Of a DNA stretch of 45,099 nucleotides, positions 18,901 through 26,001 are shown in pieces. Position 1 is the first letter of the stretch, and each line of letters opens with the position of its first letter. The translations under genes were made by a program, and so were the position numbers. Origin of the DNA: an uncultured virus (IMG/VR IMGVR_UViG_2061766007_000929) (taxonomy: Duplodnaviria > Heunggongvirae > Uroviricota > Caudoviricetes); the IMG/VR virus record IMGVR_UViG_2061766007_000929; one strand, written 5' to 3'. Below the pieces are notes generated by a model. That model was not told the DNA's origin. It saw only the letters and a list, made by a program, of their open reading frames with translations, and ran no database searches.

Positions 18901-20040
18901 AGCGCAAGCGGCTACGCCACCTCGACGCAGTGCCGCGACCTGGCGGAATGGAGGCTGAAGCGAAGCAGCGTCTTGCAGAAAGCGGTGAGCATAAGCTGCA
19001 TCCAAATGATGCACATCGACCTCAACTCCCTTGTGGAAATCGTGCGGACGGACAAGCCGGGAAGCCCGGTGGAGCGGCATCTGATCCAGGGCTTTACAAG
19101 ACCGCTGGCGTACAACGGGGCTATGACAATATCTGCGGTGTCGGTAAATGACTATCCCGTGGCTACGGTGACGGAATGGCCCCCGGAGCCGGAGCCCACC
19201 GAAGGAGTATGGCTGCGGTTTTCTTCCAACGCTCCATTCAGTATTTACCCGGACGGACAGGTTGCTACATGGGACGGGACGATGGAGTACTCCACCGACG
19301 GAGAAAACTGGCAGGAATGGAACGGCATTTCCATTACCTCCGGAGCCGGAAACAATCTCTACCTTCGTGGGATCGGAAACACGGTCCTGACAGACTACAG
19401 AGACAATGCCGGGTGGCACATCATCGGAAGCGGCGTGTCCGCCTACGGGACGATAGAAGCCCTGCTGGACTGGGAAACGGTGCAAAACGGAGGGCACCCG
19501 GCGATGGCGGCGCAATGCTGCCGGTATATGTTCCGCAGTTGTGAGGCGCTGGTGAAAGCACCGGAACTCACGGCCATGACGCTCAGCGAAGACTGCTATA
19601 TGGCGAAGTTCGCATTGTCCGGAATCACGGAGCCTCCCGAACTTCCGGCGACCACGCTTGCTACTTACTGTTATAACTCAATGTTTTCCGGATGCGAAGC
19701 GCTGAAAAAGGCCGCCGCGATGCCCGCAACAACTCTTGCGCCAGGATGTTGTATTACCATGTATTCAGACTGCACGGCGTTGGAAGAACTTCCGGTACTC
19801 CCGTCGGAACAGTTGGAACCGTACTGCTACATGTCCATGTTCCAAAACTGCACACAGATCAAACTGTCTTCTGCTCAGACCGGAAGTTACACAACGCAAT
19901 ACAGGATTCCCAGCGGCGGAAACGGAACGGCGGCGACTCTGGCAACTTACAATATGTTCTCCGGCACCGGAGGTTCGTTTACCGGAGACCCGTCGGTAAA
20001 CACCACGTACTATACGAGCAACACTATAGTCACAACATGA
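15976..20040 (+). CDS. Large central tail protein: Gly-rich domain, four FN3 repeats, tail hub-like domain and C-terminal BspA/LRR-like repeats
   Basis: SD GGGGAGGTG before ATG 15976; GGGGWYGGG motifs (15976-16910); four P..L....W....GA..Y.V FN3 units (16915-17925); LPATTLA..CY..MF..C..L repeats (about 19510-19860). Confidence 0.8.
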   Translation: MATYNLWDGIPDKLLTGDILNYTYRNSDGRRGQSLQMALPKGIYRLEAWGSAAGYFEERLGGWSAGTADGSGGYAAGTLTLSAKATVFLTPGGVGYNGGQARHYSYSTRDYYFGSGGGSDIRIGQNSLYHRVLTAGGGGQSGYYTNTWSGVGGDLNAGGGGGASGLAGGSGRYGQGGTQTGGGATGAGYNLQNHWYSNGIFGAGGYWQNSSFTEQGMGGGGWYGGGAGGTQTTGTAPNVVEYVYPGGGGSGFVLTSSTAGSVPSGYALGSSYWLTDASTISGQEGSTITEPDGTTAAAGHRGEGYIRITVIQGQLASPTVTGITYPTEGTVQIAFTAVTNASAYKVYDGSGNLLSTISSSPYTETGIDDGEAYTRQIAAWSASYAESEPTVVNYTSQGKLDTPTNLRASYTSTSTTIQWNAVAGASSYTVKKNGTTVASVNTEKYVDSSAGAGVSVFYTVTAKASGRWDSDAASISTANKPQLPNVTNLNYTQTVSTVSLTWAAASGATGYDVYRDGTKVGSTSATSYTDIGTNPGTNYVYTVYAKANGYYDSTGTSITVAVRPQIETPDLIEASQTSTDVVLNWTLRNYGTTVTYTLKRDGVTIYQGHAKTYSDTGLTTGQTYIYSLTAAIPGSGYYDSNPAVLYVLVGRDLNTIERQKDYLKQLRTPFIKLCRLRFLNPNGTTAYALDNNPRNKRSHAFIASGTVTANLQNGQRLSATVTLDNADLAFETTVNKVWFGQEIALDEGLVLSDGSEYYRQTGVFVIDNPQEKIDPKTKSVTYRLLDKWAELDGTLGGKLEGTYEVPVGTNIFEPITELLAEDRGNGLPLDNMTPVYTEYYNGKTQELTDGTVASMTDSPYTLTVNGDGGTKAQIIIGLAGMVNAWVGYDNTGRLRVDPSQDDILDINKPVLWRFTPEEAQLLGMAYTVKKEDVYNDYIVVGEMLDDYSQPGGRATNYDPRSDTNVYLIGRKTKYESASGYATSTQCRDLAEWRLKRSSVLQKAVSISCIQMMHIDLNSLVEIVRTDKPGSPVERHLIQGFTRPLAYNGAMTISAVSVNDYPVATVTEWPPEPEPTEGVWLRFSSNAPFSIYPDGQVATWDGTMEYSTDGENWQEWNGISITSGAGNNLYLRGIGNTVLTDYRDNAGWHIIGSGVSAYGTIEALLDWETVQNGGHPAMAAQCCRYMFRSCEALVKAPELTAMTLSEDCYMAKFALSGITEPPELPATTLATYCYNSMFSGCEALKKAAAMPATTLAPGCCITMYSDCTALEELPVLPSEQLEPYCYMSMFQNCTQIKLSSAQTGSYTTQYRIPSGGNGTAATLATYNMFSGTGGSFTGDPSVNTTYYTSNTIVTT

Positions 20041-20109
20041 AAGCGCGAATCGGGCAAGGAAAAGATAGGTTGGCACCAAAAAGCCAAAGAAGGGAGCTAG
20101 AAAAATACT

Positions 20110-20328
20110 ATGAGGATTCTTGTTTTTCGGGACGGAAGCGCCAGAGAGATCACCGGGGAGCTGGGGAAATACTGGCTGACCGGGGAAGACCGTGTACGGA
20201 AGCTCAGCAAGCAGATCGCCGAAATCCGGGAAGTGCCGGAGCCGGTGGAGGTCAAGCCGAAGAAGAAGTCCACGCGCAAGAAAAAAGAGAGTACGGAGGA
20301 GAAGTGCGATGGAAAACGCGGCGAGTGA
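20110..20328 (+). CDS. Small basic hypothetical protein
   Basis: SD AAGGGAG; Lys-rich C-terminus. Confidence 0.5.
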   Translation: MRILVFRDGSAREITGELGKYWLTGEDRVRKLSKQIAEIREVPEPVEVKPKKKSTRKKKESTEEKCDGKRGE

Positions 20329-20758
20329 GGCCACAATCACCCTTTCAACGCTGCTGGGGACGGCGGGGATATCGGCAGTGGTGGTAGGCATCTTTGGCCT
20401 TATTACTCTGCTGCTGAACCGGCACTGGTCAAAGAAAGACGAGAAAAATGGTTGGCGGAAGACCATGCAGGACAGTATCACCGACATCAAGGGCGAACTG
20501 AAAGCCCACATCGAAGCCGACGACGAGCGGTATGCCGTCATGTGCCGGACAAGGATACTCCGGTTTGCGGATGAACTTATCAATGAACCGGACCACCTGC
20601 ACACCCAGGGGAACTTCGAGCAGTGTTTACAGGATATCACAGCCTACGACCAATACTGCGCGGAGCATCCGAAGTTCAAAAACGAGCTGACGCTTCGGAG
20701 CGCGGAAATCATACGCAAGATTTACGACAAGTGCGCAAGGGAGCATAAGTTCCTATGA
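20309..20758 (+). CDS. Single-TM phage membrane protein (type often found near lysis genes)
   Basis: SD GGAGGAG; N-terminal TM helix; RTRILRFADE...DITAYDQYC..HPKFKN motif. Confidence 0.6.
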   Translation: MENAASEATITLSTLLGTAGISAVVVGIFGLITLLLNRHWSKKDEKNGWRKTMQDSITDIKGELKAHIEADDERYAVMCRTRILRFADELINEPDHLHTQGNFEQCLQDITAYDQYCAEHPKFKNELTLRSAEIIRKIYDKCAREHKFL

Positions 20759-20772
20759 GGGGGTCGTCATAA

Positions 20773-21498
20773 ATGCCGATGTATAACGGGAACTACGTCG
20801 CTCCGGTGTGGATCGACGGGATGGCACCCGCCATCAACGACACGGAACTGATGGCAATCTCCGGTACTCTTCAGAACAGCCAAATCCTGACGGGAAACGG
20901 AGCCCCGACACAGTATACCTCCGGCGTAGCGGGGCAGCGGTACGCCGACACCAGCACCACCCCTCCCACGATCTACAAGCTGGTGACGGCAGCGGAGGAC
21001 GCGAACGTATGGGAAGCGGACGAGGACGCCAACGGGAACTTGGCTCTGGATTACGACGAGACGGCCACCTACGACGAAGGAGATTACTGCATTCGGCTTG
21101 GGCTGCTTTACAGAGCAAACCAGGATATCGACCCGGCGGAAGCGTGGACTTCGGCGCACTGGGACAGGGCTTATCTGGCGGCTGACGTGGCAAATTTGGC
21201 GGAAGCAGTCGCGGCAAAGGCAAACCCACCGGCAGTCGGAAGCGTCACGCTTTCCGACACATGGACGGGGAGCGCAAGCCCCTACTCGCAGACGGTGACG
21301 GTCACAGGAGCAACGGTGACGGCAAACAGCCGGGTCGATTTGCAGCCTACGGCAGCACAAATCGCAAGCCTTATCTCTGACGGAGTGACGGGCTTGGTGA
21401 TCGAAAACAACAACGGGACGCTGACGGCGTATGCGGTGGGAGCCGAAACGACGGCGGAAATGTCGGTGCAATGCACTGTTACGGAGGTAGACACATGA
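20773..21498 (+). CDS. Tail fibre/adaptor protein
   Basis: N-terminal Y..P.W.DG..PAIN motif; YDETATYDEGDYC...LYRA...W...HW (CBM5/12-like) module; C-terminal beta domain shared with 3854..4198. Confidence 0.6.
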   Translation: MPMYNGNYVAPVWIDGMAPAINDTELMAISGTLQNSQILTGNGAPTQYTSGVAGQRYADTSTTPPTIYKLVTAAEDANVWEADEDANGNLALDYDETATYDEGDYCIRLGLLYRANQDIDPAEAWTSAHWDRAYLAADVANLAEAVAAKANPPAVGSVTLSDTWTGSASPYSQTVTVTGATVTANSRVDLQPTAAQIASLISDGVTGLVIENNNGTLTAYAVGAETTAEMSVQCTVTEVDT

Positions 21499-22313
21499 GC
21501 ATTTGGGGAAACCCTGTGATGTTGGGTAGTTCTGGCGGCGGAGGCGGTGATGTGCCGCTGCTGACAAGAGCGCAATGGGATGCGTTAAGCACAGCACAAA
21601 AGCAGGCTTATGGGTTGCTTGCCATCCAAGACGCAAACAGTGGTTTTACGCGTGGCGAACTTGTGTACGGGGCAGATTATAATATCTACACCTTACTTAC
21701 GGCAAGTGCGACCAGTTCCATCCTTGCCGAAGCCATGTGTGAAGACTATGAGGTCGGAATAGAAACGTGGGGCAACTTAGCCCTTGTCGGTTCGTCTTTG
21801 ATGGAAATAGAGGCAGATGGGTCTGTGCATTTCAATGGTGACGGGATGAGTGCCTGTTATGACCTTGGTGCGGCAAATACACCTGTCACGAACTATATGG
21901 TTTTCAAAAGCCTGAGTTCCTCTGGTATCAGCAGACTTATATCGAACGTATATTCCAACAGTATTGGCGAGGCTCCGGGTTTATATAGAAACGGAACGAA
22001 TATAAATTACACTTACTATGGAGGAAATACAAATACTGGTGTAAGCGCTGTTGACGGATTCCATTGTATTGCCGTATCCGATGCCGGGGGTGGACAAGCC
22101 AGTACATTTTATGTTGATGCGGTCAAAAAAGGGGCTCTTGTCCCAAGCAAAACAGGCCGATATTCAGAGTTCTCCACAACCTTGCGGATGGGCGGTTACA
22201 CATACGGTGGCAATTATGACATCAAGTATATGGCTGTTGTTTCTGGTGCGGAACCTGAAGCAACGGTAATTGCCAATATGCAGAGCATCATGGCTCATTA
22301 CGGGATTTCGTGA
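21495..22313 (+). CDS. Putative receptor-binding protein with a concanavalin/LamG-like C-terminal domain
   Basis: ATGA overlap with SD GGAGGT; Gly linker; LTRAQWDALS.AQK motif; beta-rich tail (FHCIAVS...FYVDA); lower GC. Confidence 0.55.
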   Translation: MSIWGNPVMLGSSGGGGGDVPLLTRAQWDALSTAQKQAYGLLAIQDANSGFTRGELVYGADYNIYTLLTASATSSILAEAMCEDYEVGIETWGNLALVGSSLMEIEADGSVHFNGDGMSACYDLGAANTPVTNYMVFKSLSSSGISRLISNVYSNSIGEAPGLYRNGTNINYTYYGGNTNTGVSAVDGFHCIAVSDAGGGQASTFYVDAVKKGALVPSKTGRYSEFSTTLRMGGYTYGGNYDIKYMAVVSGAEPEATVIANMQSIMAHYGIS

Positions 22314-22322
22314 GGTGGCCCC

Positions 22323-22405
22323 ATGAGTCTGAGTAAAGTGATCGAGCTTGCCCGGGGTGAGCTGGGGAATACGGAGGAGCCAGCCGGGAGCAATCTCACG
22401 AAATA
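22323..22405 (+). CDS. 5' fragment of the CHAP endolysin (allele A), cut by a gap
   Basis: MSLSKVIELARGELGNTEEPAGSNLTK, near-identical to the gene starting at 30697. Confidence 0.75.
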
Positions 22406-22417
22406 NNNNNNNNNNCT

Positions 22418-22546
22418 TTCGTGGCGGCTAAGGCTTCTACTCCGCTTGGGAATGCCTATGTGAGAAATATCTACGCTGGAACGGCGGATATGACCCCAGG
22501 AACTTCTTCTCTGGCATACGGGACTATCTACCTTGTCTACGAGTGA
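22418..22546 (+). CDS. 3' fragment of a tail fibre-type gene (5' end lost in gap)
   Basis: Open frame ...VRNIYAGTADMTPGTSSLAYGTIYLVYE-stop, a fibre-like C-terminal motif. Confidence 0.55.
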   Translation, partial: FVAAKASTPLGNAYVRNIYAGTADMTPGTSSLAYGTIYLVYE

Positions 22547-22555
22547 GGATGTTAT

Positions 22556-23659
22556 ATGGCAACGTACAACCTGAGAGACGTAACACCTTCCCGGCTGTCG
22601 GCTGGGGATATCATCAACCTCCCGGCTAGAATCGGTGACCCCGGACGATGGGGTACGGACGGCAGGTACGGCGGAAGCTTTTCCGTGAATTTGCCTAAAG
22701 GCAGATATCTCTTGGAGTGCTGGGGTTCTTCCTCCAATACCTCCGGGGGCGGAACAGGCGGCTATGCGAAGGGTGTTCTGGATTTACAATCGCAAACTAC
22801 GGCGATTCTCACGGCTGGTGGATGGCCTTTCAACGGTGGGCATTTGGTAGGAACTTTCGAGCAGGATGGGTACAGCCAATGTTCGGGCGGCGCTTCGGAC
22901 ATTCGACTCATCAACAACGACCTGTTGAATAGGGTGATTGTCGCAGGCGGAGGAGGTTCTGGCGGTGAGTACCTGATAAGTTACAATCCGATTCGCCCGG
23001 ATGCTGCAACCTACGGTGTCCTGAATGGCGGGAATGGGGGAGGTCCGAGCGGGGGAGATACCAAAGACCCTAATGGGAGTGTTACTGAGTACACCGCAAA
23101 AGGCGGTACTCAAACTTCGGGGGGAAAAACCGGAAAAGGCTATACGACTAGCAATCATTGGTATTCTGATGGAAAGCTTGGCGAAGGTGGAGGCTGGTAT
23201 GGCAACTATCAGCTCAGGGAGCCGGGGCAAGGCGGAGGCGGCTGGTACGGTGGCGGAGGCGGCGGTACGGCAAGCGCAAGTATTCCGGGTACCTGGATGG
23301 GCGACGCAGCTATGGCAGGCGGCGGAGGTTCGGGGTTCGTATTTACTTCGAGTACGGCAAGGAATGTTCCTAGTGGCTATGCCCTTGGGAGCGCTTACTA
23401 TCTGAGTGATGCTGTGAATATATCCGGGCATGAAACTCCACTTACGAATCCTGACGGAACGGTATCTGCAGGGCATATCGGAGAGGGTTATGTGCGAATT
23501 ACCGTTATCAGCATCTTTAATGGAATCTATATCGGAAGCAATGCAGGAAAAGCTTTGGCGGTGAAGGGAATCTATATCGGAGATTCAAACGGCAAGGCGA
23601 GACGGGTAGTCAAAGGCTATATCGGAGATTCAAACGGCAAAGCAAAGAGATTCTTATAA
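22556..23659 (+). CDS. Stand-alone Gly-rich tail adhesin-like protein, paralogous to the N-terminal domain of 15976..20040
   Basis: Shared MATYNL, LPKG.Y.LE.WGS, SDIR, NHWYS.G, GGGGWYGGG, VPSGYALGS.Y.L.DA, GH.GEGY.RITVI; three C-terminal (G)YIG...GKA repeats. Confidence 0.75.
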   Translation: MATYNLRDVTPSRLSAGDIINLPARIGDPGRWGTDGRYGGSFSVNLPKGRYLLECWGSSSNTSGGGTGGYAKGVLDLQSQTTAILTAGGWPFNGGHLVGTFEQDGYSQCSGGASDIRLINNDLLNRVIVAGGGGSGGEYLISYNPIRPDAATYGVLNGGNGGGPSGGDTKDPNGSVTEYTAKGGTQTSGGKTGKGYTTSNHWYSDGKLGEGGGWYGNYQLREPGQGGGGWYGGGGGGTASASIPGTWMGDAAMAGGGGSGFVFTSSTARNVPSGYALGSAYYLSDAVNISGHETPLTNPDGTVSAGHIGEGYVRITVISIFNGIYIGSNAGKALAVKGIYIGDSNGKARRVVKGYIGDSNGKAKRFL

Positions 23660-23671
23660 GGGGGATTAAAG

Positions 23672-23905
23672 ATGGTAGATACTGTTTATTTGAACAACGC
23701 CCATGCGCTGACCGGGGACGGACTGTTCTACTTCGAGGGGCTGGCGGAAGAAAGAAGCGATATCGCTTCCTTTTCCACGGATTACGCAGTTGGGAGCAAA
23801 ATCCTCTGTGCTAAGGATTGGAGCGGGTGGATTCTTACCCGGAGCGGTAATGACAAGGTGTGGTCGGAGACTTCCGGGATTACGTGGAGCATTATGCTCC
23901 GCTGA
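23672..23905 (+). CDS. Small tail-associated hypothetical protein
   Basis: SD AAGGGGG; FEGL...VGS.......W motif. Confidence 0.5.
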   Translation: MVDTVYLNNAHALTGDGLFYFEGLAEERSDIASFSTDYAVGSKILCAKDWSGWILTRSGNDKVWSETSGITWSIMLR

Positions 23906-23920
23906 GAGGGGGATTCAGAT

Positions 23921-24175
23921 ATGCCGGATGCCGGTGATGTTTATAAGGTTCGGATATCCGATAATACCTATTGGGTGATAGACAGCGGCGCGAGAAACGC
24001 CATTGCGCAGGATTACGATTCAAGCCATGAGTACAGCGTTGGTGATGTGGTCTTTCACAGCAATGCTTTGTATCAATGTTCAAGCGAGACTACCGGAGAA
24101 TGGGACAGCTCTTGCTGGGCGGCGAAGACGATTTTCGAGATTGTTGCGGGGATGATTCAGGCCGGGGGTGAGTAA
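23921..24175 (+). CDS. Small fibre-associated protein with a CBM5/12-like module
   Basis: YDSSHEYSVGDVVFHSNALYQC...GEWDSSCW. Confidence 0.55.
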   Translation: MPDAGDVYKVRISDNTYWVIDSGARNAIAQDYDSSHEYSVGDVVFHSNALYQCSSETTGEWDSSCWAAKTIFEIVAGMIQAGGE

Positions 24176-24523
24176 ATGGGCGATTGTCCGAAAGAGTGGG
24201 GCAATACCTACGTCGGCTGGCGGCGAGGCACTACCCCGACAAATGTTTTCAATGTCAATGTGGACTTGCGAGGTTTCACAATCTATATCAGCTATGCGCA
24301 AAGGGGAAGAGTCGTTGTCGAGAAAACCGGCAGCGACCTTTATGTTACGGAGCAATCCATTGAAACAACGCTTACGCAGGAGGAAACCTTGAAGTTCAGG
24401 ACAGGAGAAGTCAGGGTTCAAATTCGGTACGTTACCCCGGACGGTATTGCGGACGCTTCAAATATCATCATAACGACGGCTGAAGAAATACTGAAAGATG
24501 GTGAGATAAGCTATGTCGTTTGA
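24176..24523 (+). CDS. Putative baseplate/fibre adaptor (BppU-N-like)
   Basis: SD GGGGGTGA; RRGTTPT...LTQEETL.F...VQIR...EILKDG pattern. Confidence 0.55.
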   Translation: MGDCPKEWGNTYVGWRRGTTPTNVFNVNVDLRGFTIYISYAQRGRVVVEKTGSDLYVTEQSIETTLTQEETLKFRTGEVRVQIRYVTPDGIADASNIIITTAEEILKDGEISYVV

Positions 24524-24941
24524 TATAACCTTTGATTCTGATAATCCGTTGAATATTGGGTTTCAGAATCCAAAATCATTGAACGTAACGTTTGGGGAAA
24601 CTAGCGGAAACGTATCAATATTCTACGACACAAAAGAGAACTGGGATAGACAGACGATGCTTATTGCTAGGCGCAAGGCAATCTACGTCTATTCTAATTA
24701 TACTTATCTTGAAGATGAAGTGGGAAACAGAACACCCGTACCTGCTATCAAAATCGGGGATGGAACTTCCTACCTTATTGATATGCCATTTGTTTCGGAT
24801 GATATCCGGCACATACTTATGGAGCATATCGCAGCGGATGGAATCCATGTAACGGAAGAAGACCGAAGAAGATGGGATAATAAAGTTACCGCGTACATCG
24901 ACTCTAATGTCCCTGAACGAATGATACTTTCTAAATTATAA
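24513..24941 (+). CDS. Fibre protein with a hyaluronidase-N/Mtd-N-like KIGDG domain
   Basis: DT.ENW...KIGDG.SYL.D.PF and HI.ADGIHVTEEDRRRWDNK motifs. Confidence 0.6.
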   Translation: MSFDITFDSDNPLNIGFQNPKSLNVTFGETSGNVSIFYDTKENWDRQTMLIARRKAIYVYSNYTYLEDEVGNRTPVPAIKIGDGTSYLIDMPFVSDDIRHILMEHIAADGIHVTEEDRRRWDNKVTAYIDSNVPERMILSKL

Positions 24942-24954
24942 GGAGGATGATAGC

Positions 24955-25986
24955 ATGTCAGAAACCCCGGTTTTGTCTCAAATTACGCTTCCGAATGGTA
25001 CCGTATACAATCTGAAAGACGCAAAGGCCCGCGCAGATATCGCGGACATTCAGGCAGCTATCTCTGGAGGCTTGAAGTTCATCGGAGAGACCACCACCCA
25101 GCTTACAGACGGTGCTACGACTAACCCCATCACCATAAATGGAAGTAGTGTCACGGCACACAGCGGGGATATCGTCGTATACGGAGAAAAGGAGTTCCTG
25201 TTTGACGGAACAAAGTGGATTGAAATGGGTGACCTGTCGCTGCTTGGTGCGCTCGCGTATAAAGATAGTGCTTCTGGTTCATACACACCTACCGGTACCG
25301 TTTCTCAGCCCACATTTACAGGAAGCAATTCAAATGTATCTGTCTCTACGGCGGACAGCGAAAGCGGGAACTATCAACCGAAAGGAACGGTATCGCAACC
25401 AACATTTACCGGAAGTTCATCTTCTTCCAGTGGTGTTTTCACACCCGCAGGAACAGTCAGCGTAAGTGCAAGCGCCACGGAAAACAAGACCACAACGGTC
25501 CAGCCTGCCGCTGAGGGCGCGGCGACGTATACCCCCGCAGGGAGCGTTTCAGCTCCTACCATAAGCGTTTCTTCTGCTGGGGGTACAACTACGGTGAATT
25601 CCATTACGGATGTAGGAACGCTTCCCTCATTCTCAGCTACTGTCAGTAACGAGAACCTTACCCTTGGATTCAGCGCTGGGACTCTGCCTACCAAAGGTTC
25701 GGATACAACTGTGAAGACTTCGGATGCTTCTTATGAGGCGAGTGTACCGGCCTTTACTGGCACCGGGGTTCGGCTGGTAACCGGGAATATCGCCGTTCCT
25801 AGCGCGTATTCTGCGTCGTTCTCAGGTACGGAGGGGAATGTTTCTGTCAGCGGTACTCCTAGCGGTACGGTGTCCCAGCCTACCTTTACCGGAACGAAGA
25901 CGCAAATCAGCGGCACGGTCACTCCCAGCGGGACCGTTTCTCAGCCTACTTTCAGCGGAACTACAGCCACTATAACGGTGGGCTAA
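24955..25986 (+). CDS. S/T/G/P-rich tail fibre with PxGTVSxPTFxG repeats
   Basis: SD AAGGAGG; ITLPNG..Y.LKD N-terminus; GTVSQPTF(T/S)G occurs four times plus degenerate copies. Confidence 0.7.
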   Translation: MSETPVLSQITLPNGTVYNLKDAKARADIADIQAAISGGLKFIGETTTQLTDGATTNPITINGSSVTAHSGDIVVYGEKEFLFDGTKWIEMGDLSLLGALAYKDSASGSYTPTGTVSQPTFTGSNSNVSVSTADSESGNYQPKGTVSQPTFTGSSSSSSGVFTPAGTVSVSASATENKTTTVQPAAEGAATYTPAGSVSAPTISVSSAGGTTTVNSITDVGTLPSFSATVSNENLTLGFSAGTLPTKGSDTTVKTSDASYEASVPAFTGTGVRLVTGNIAVPSAYSASFSGTEGNVSVSGTPSGTVSQPTFTGTKTQISGTVTPSGTVSQPTFSGTTATITVG

Positions 25987-26001
25987 TTAGGAGGTCGCCT
26001 T

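Noticed and set aside
6373..19515. Long minus-strand ORFs (6373..8859, 9003..10655, 11112..14480, 17161..19515 and similar)
   Set aside because: Antisense shadows of GC-biased plus-strand genes; no recognisable motifs and they fully overlap well-supported structural genes.
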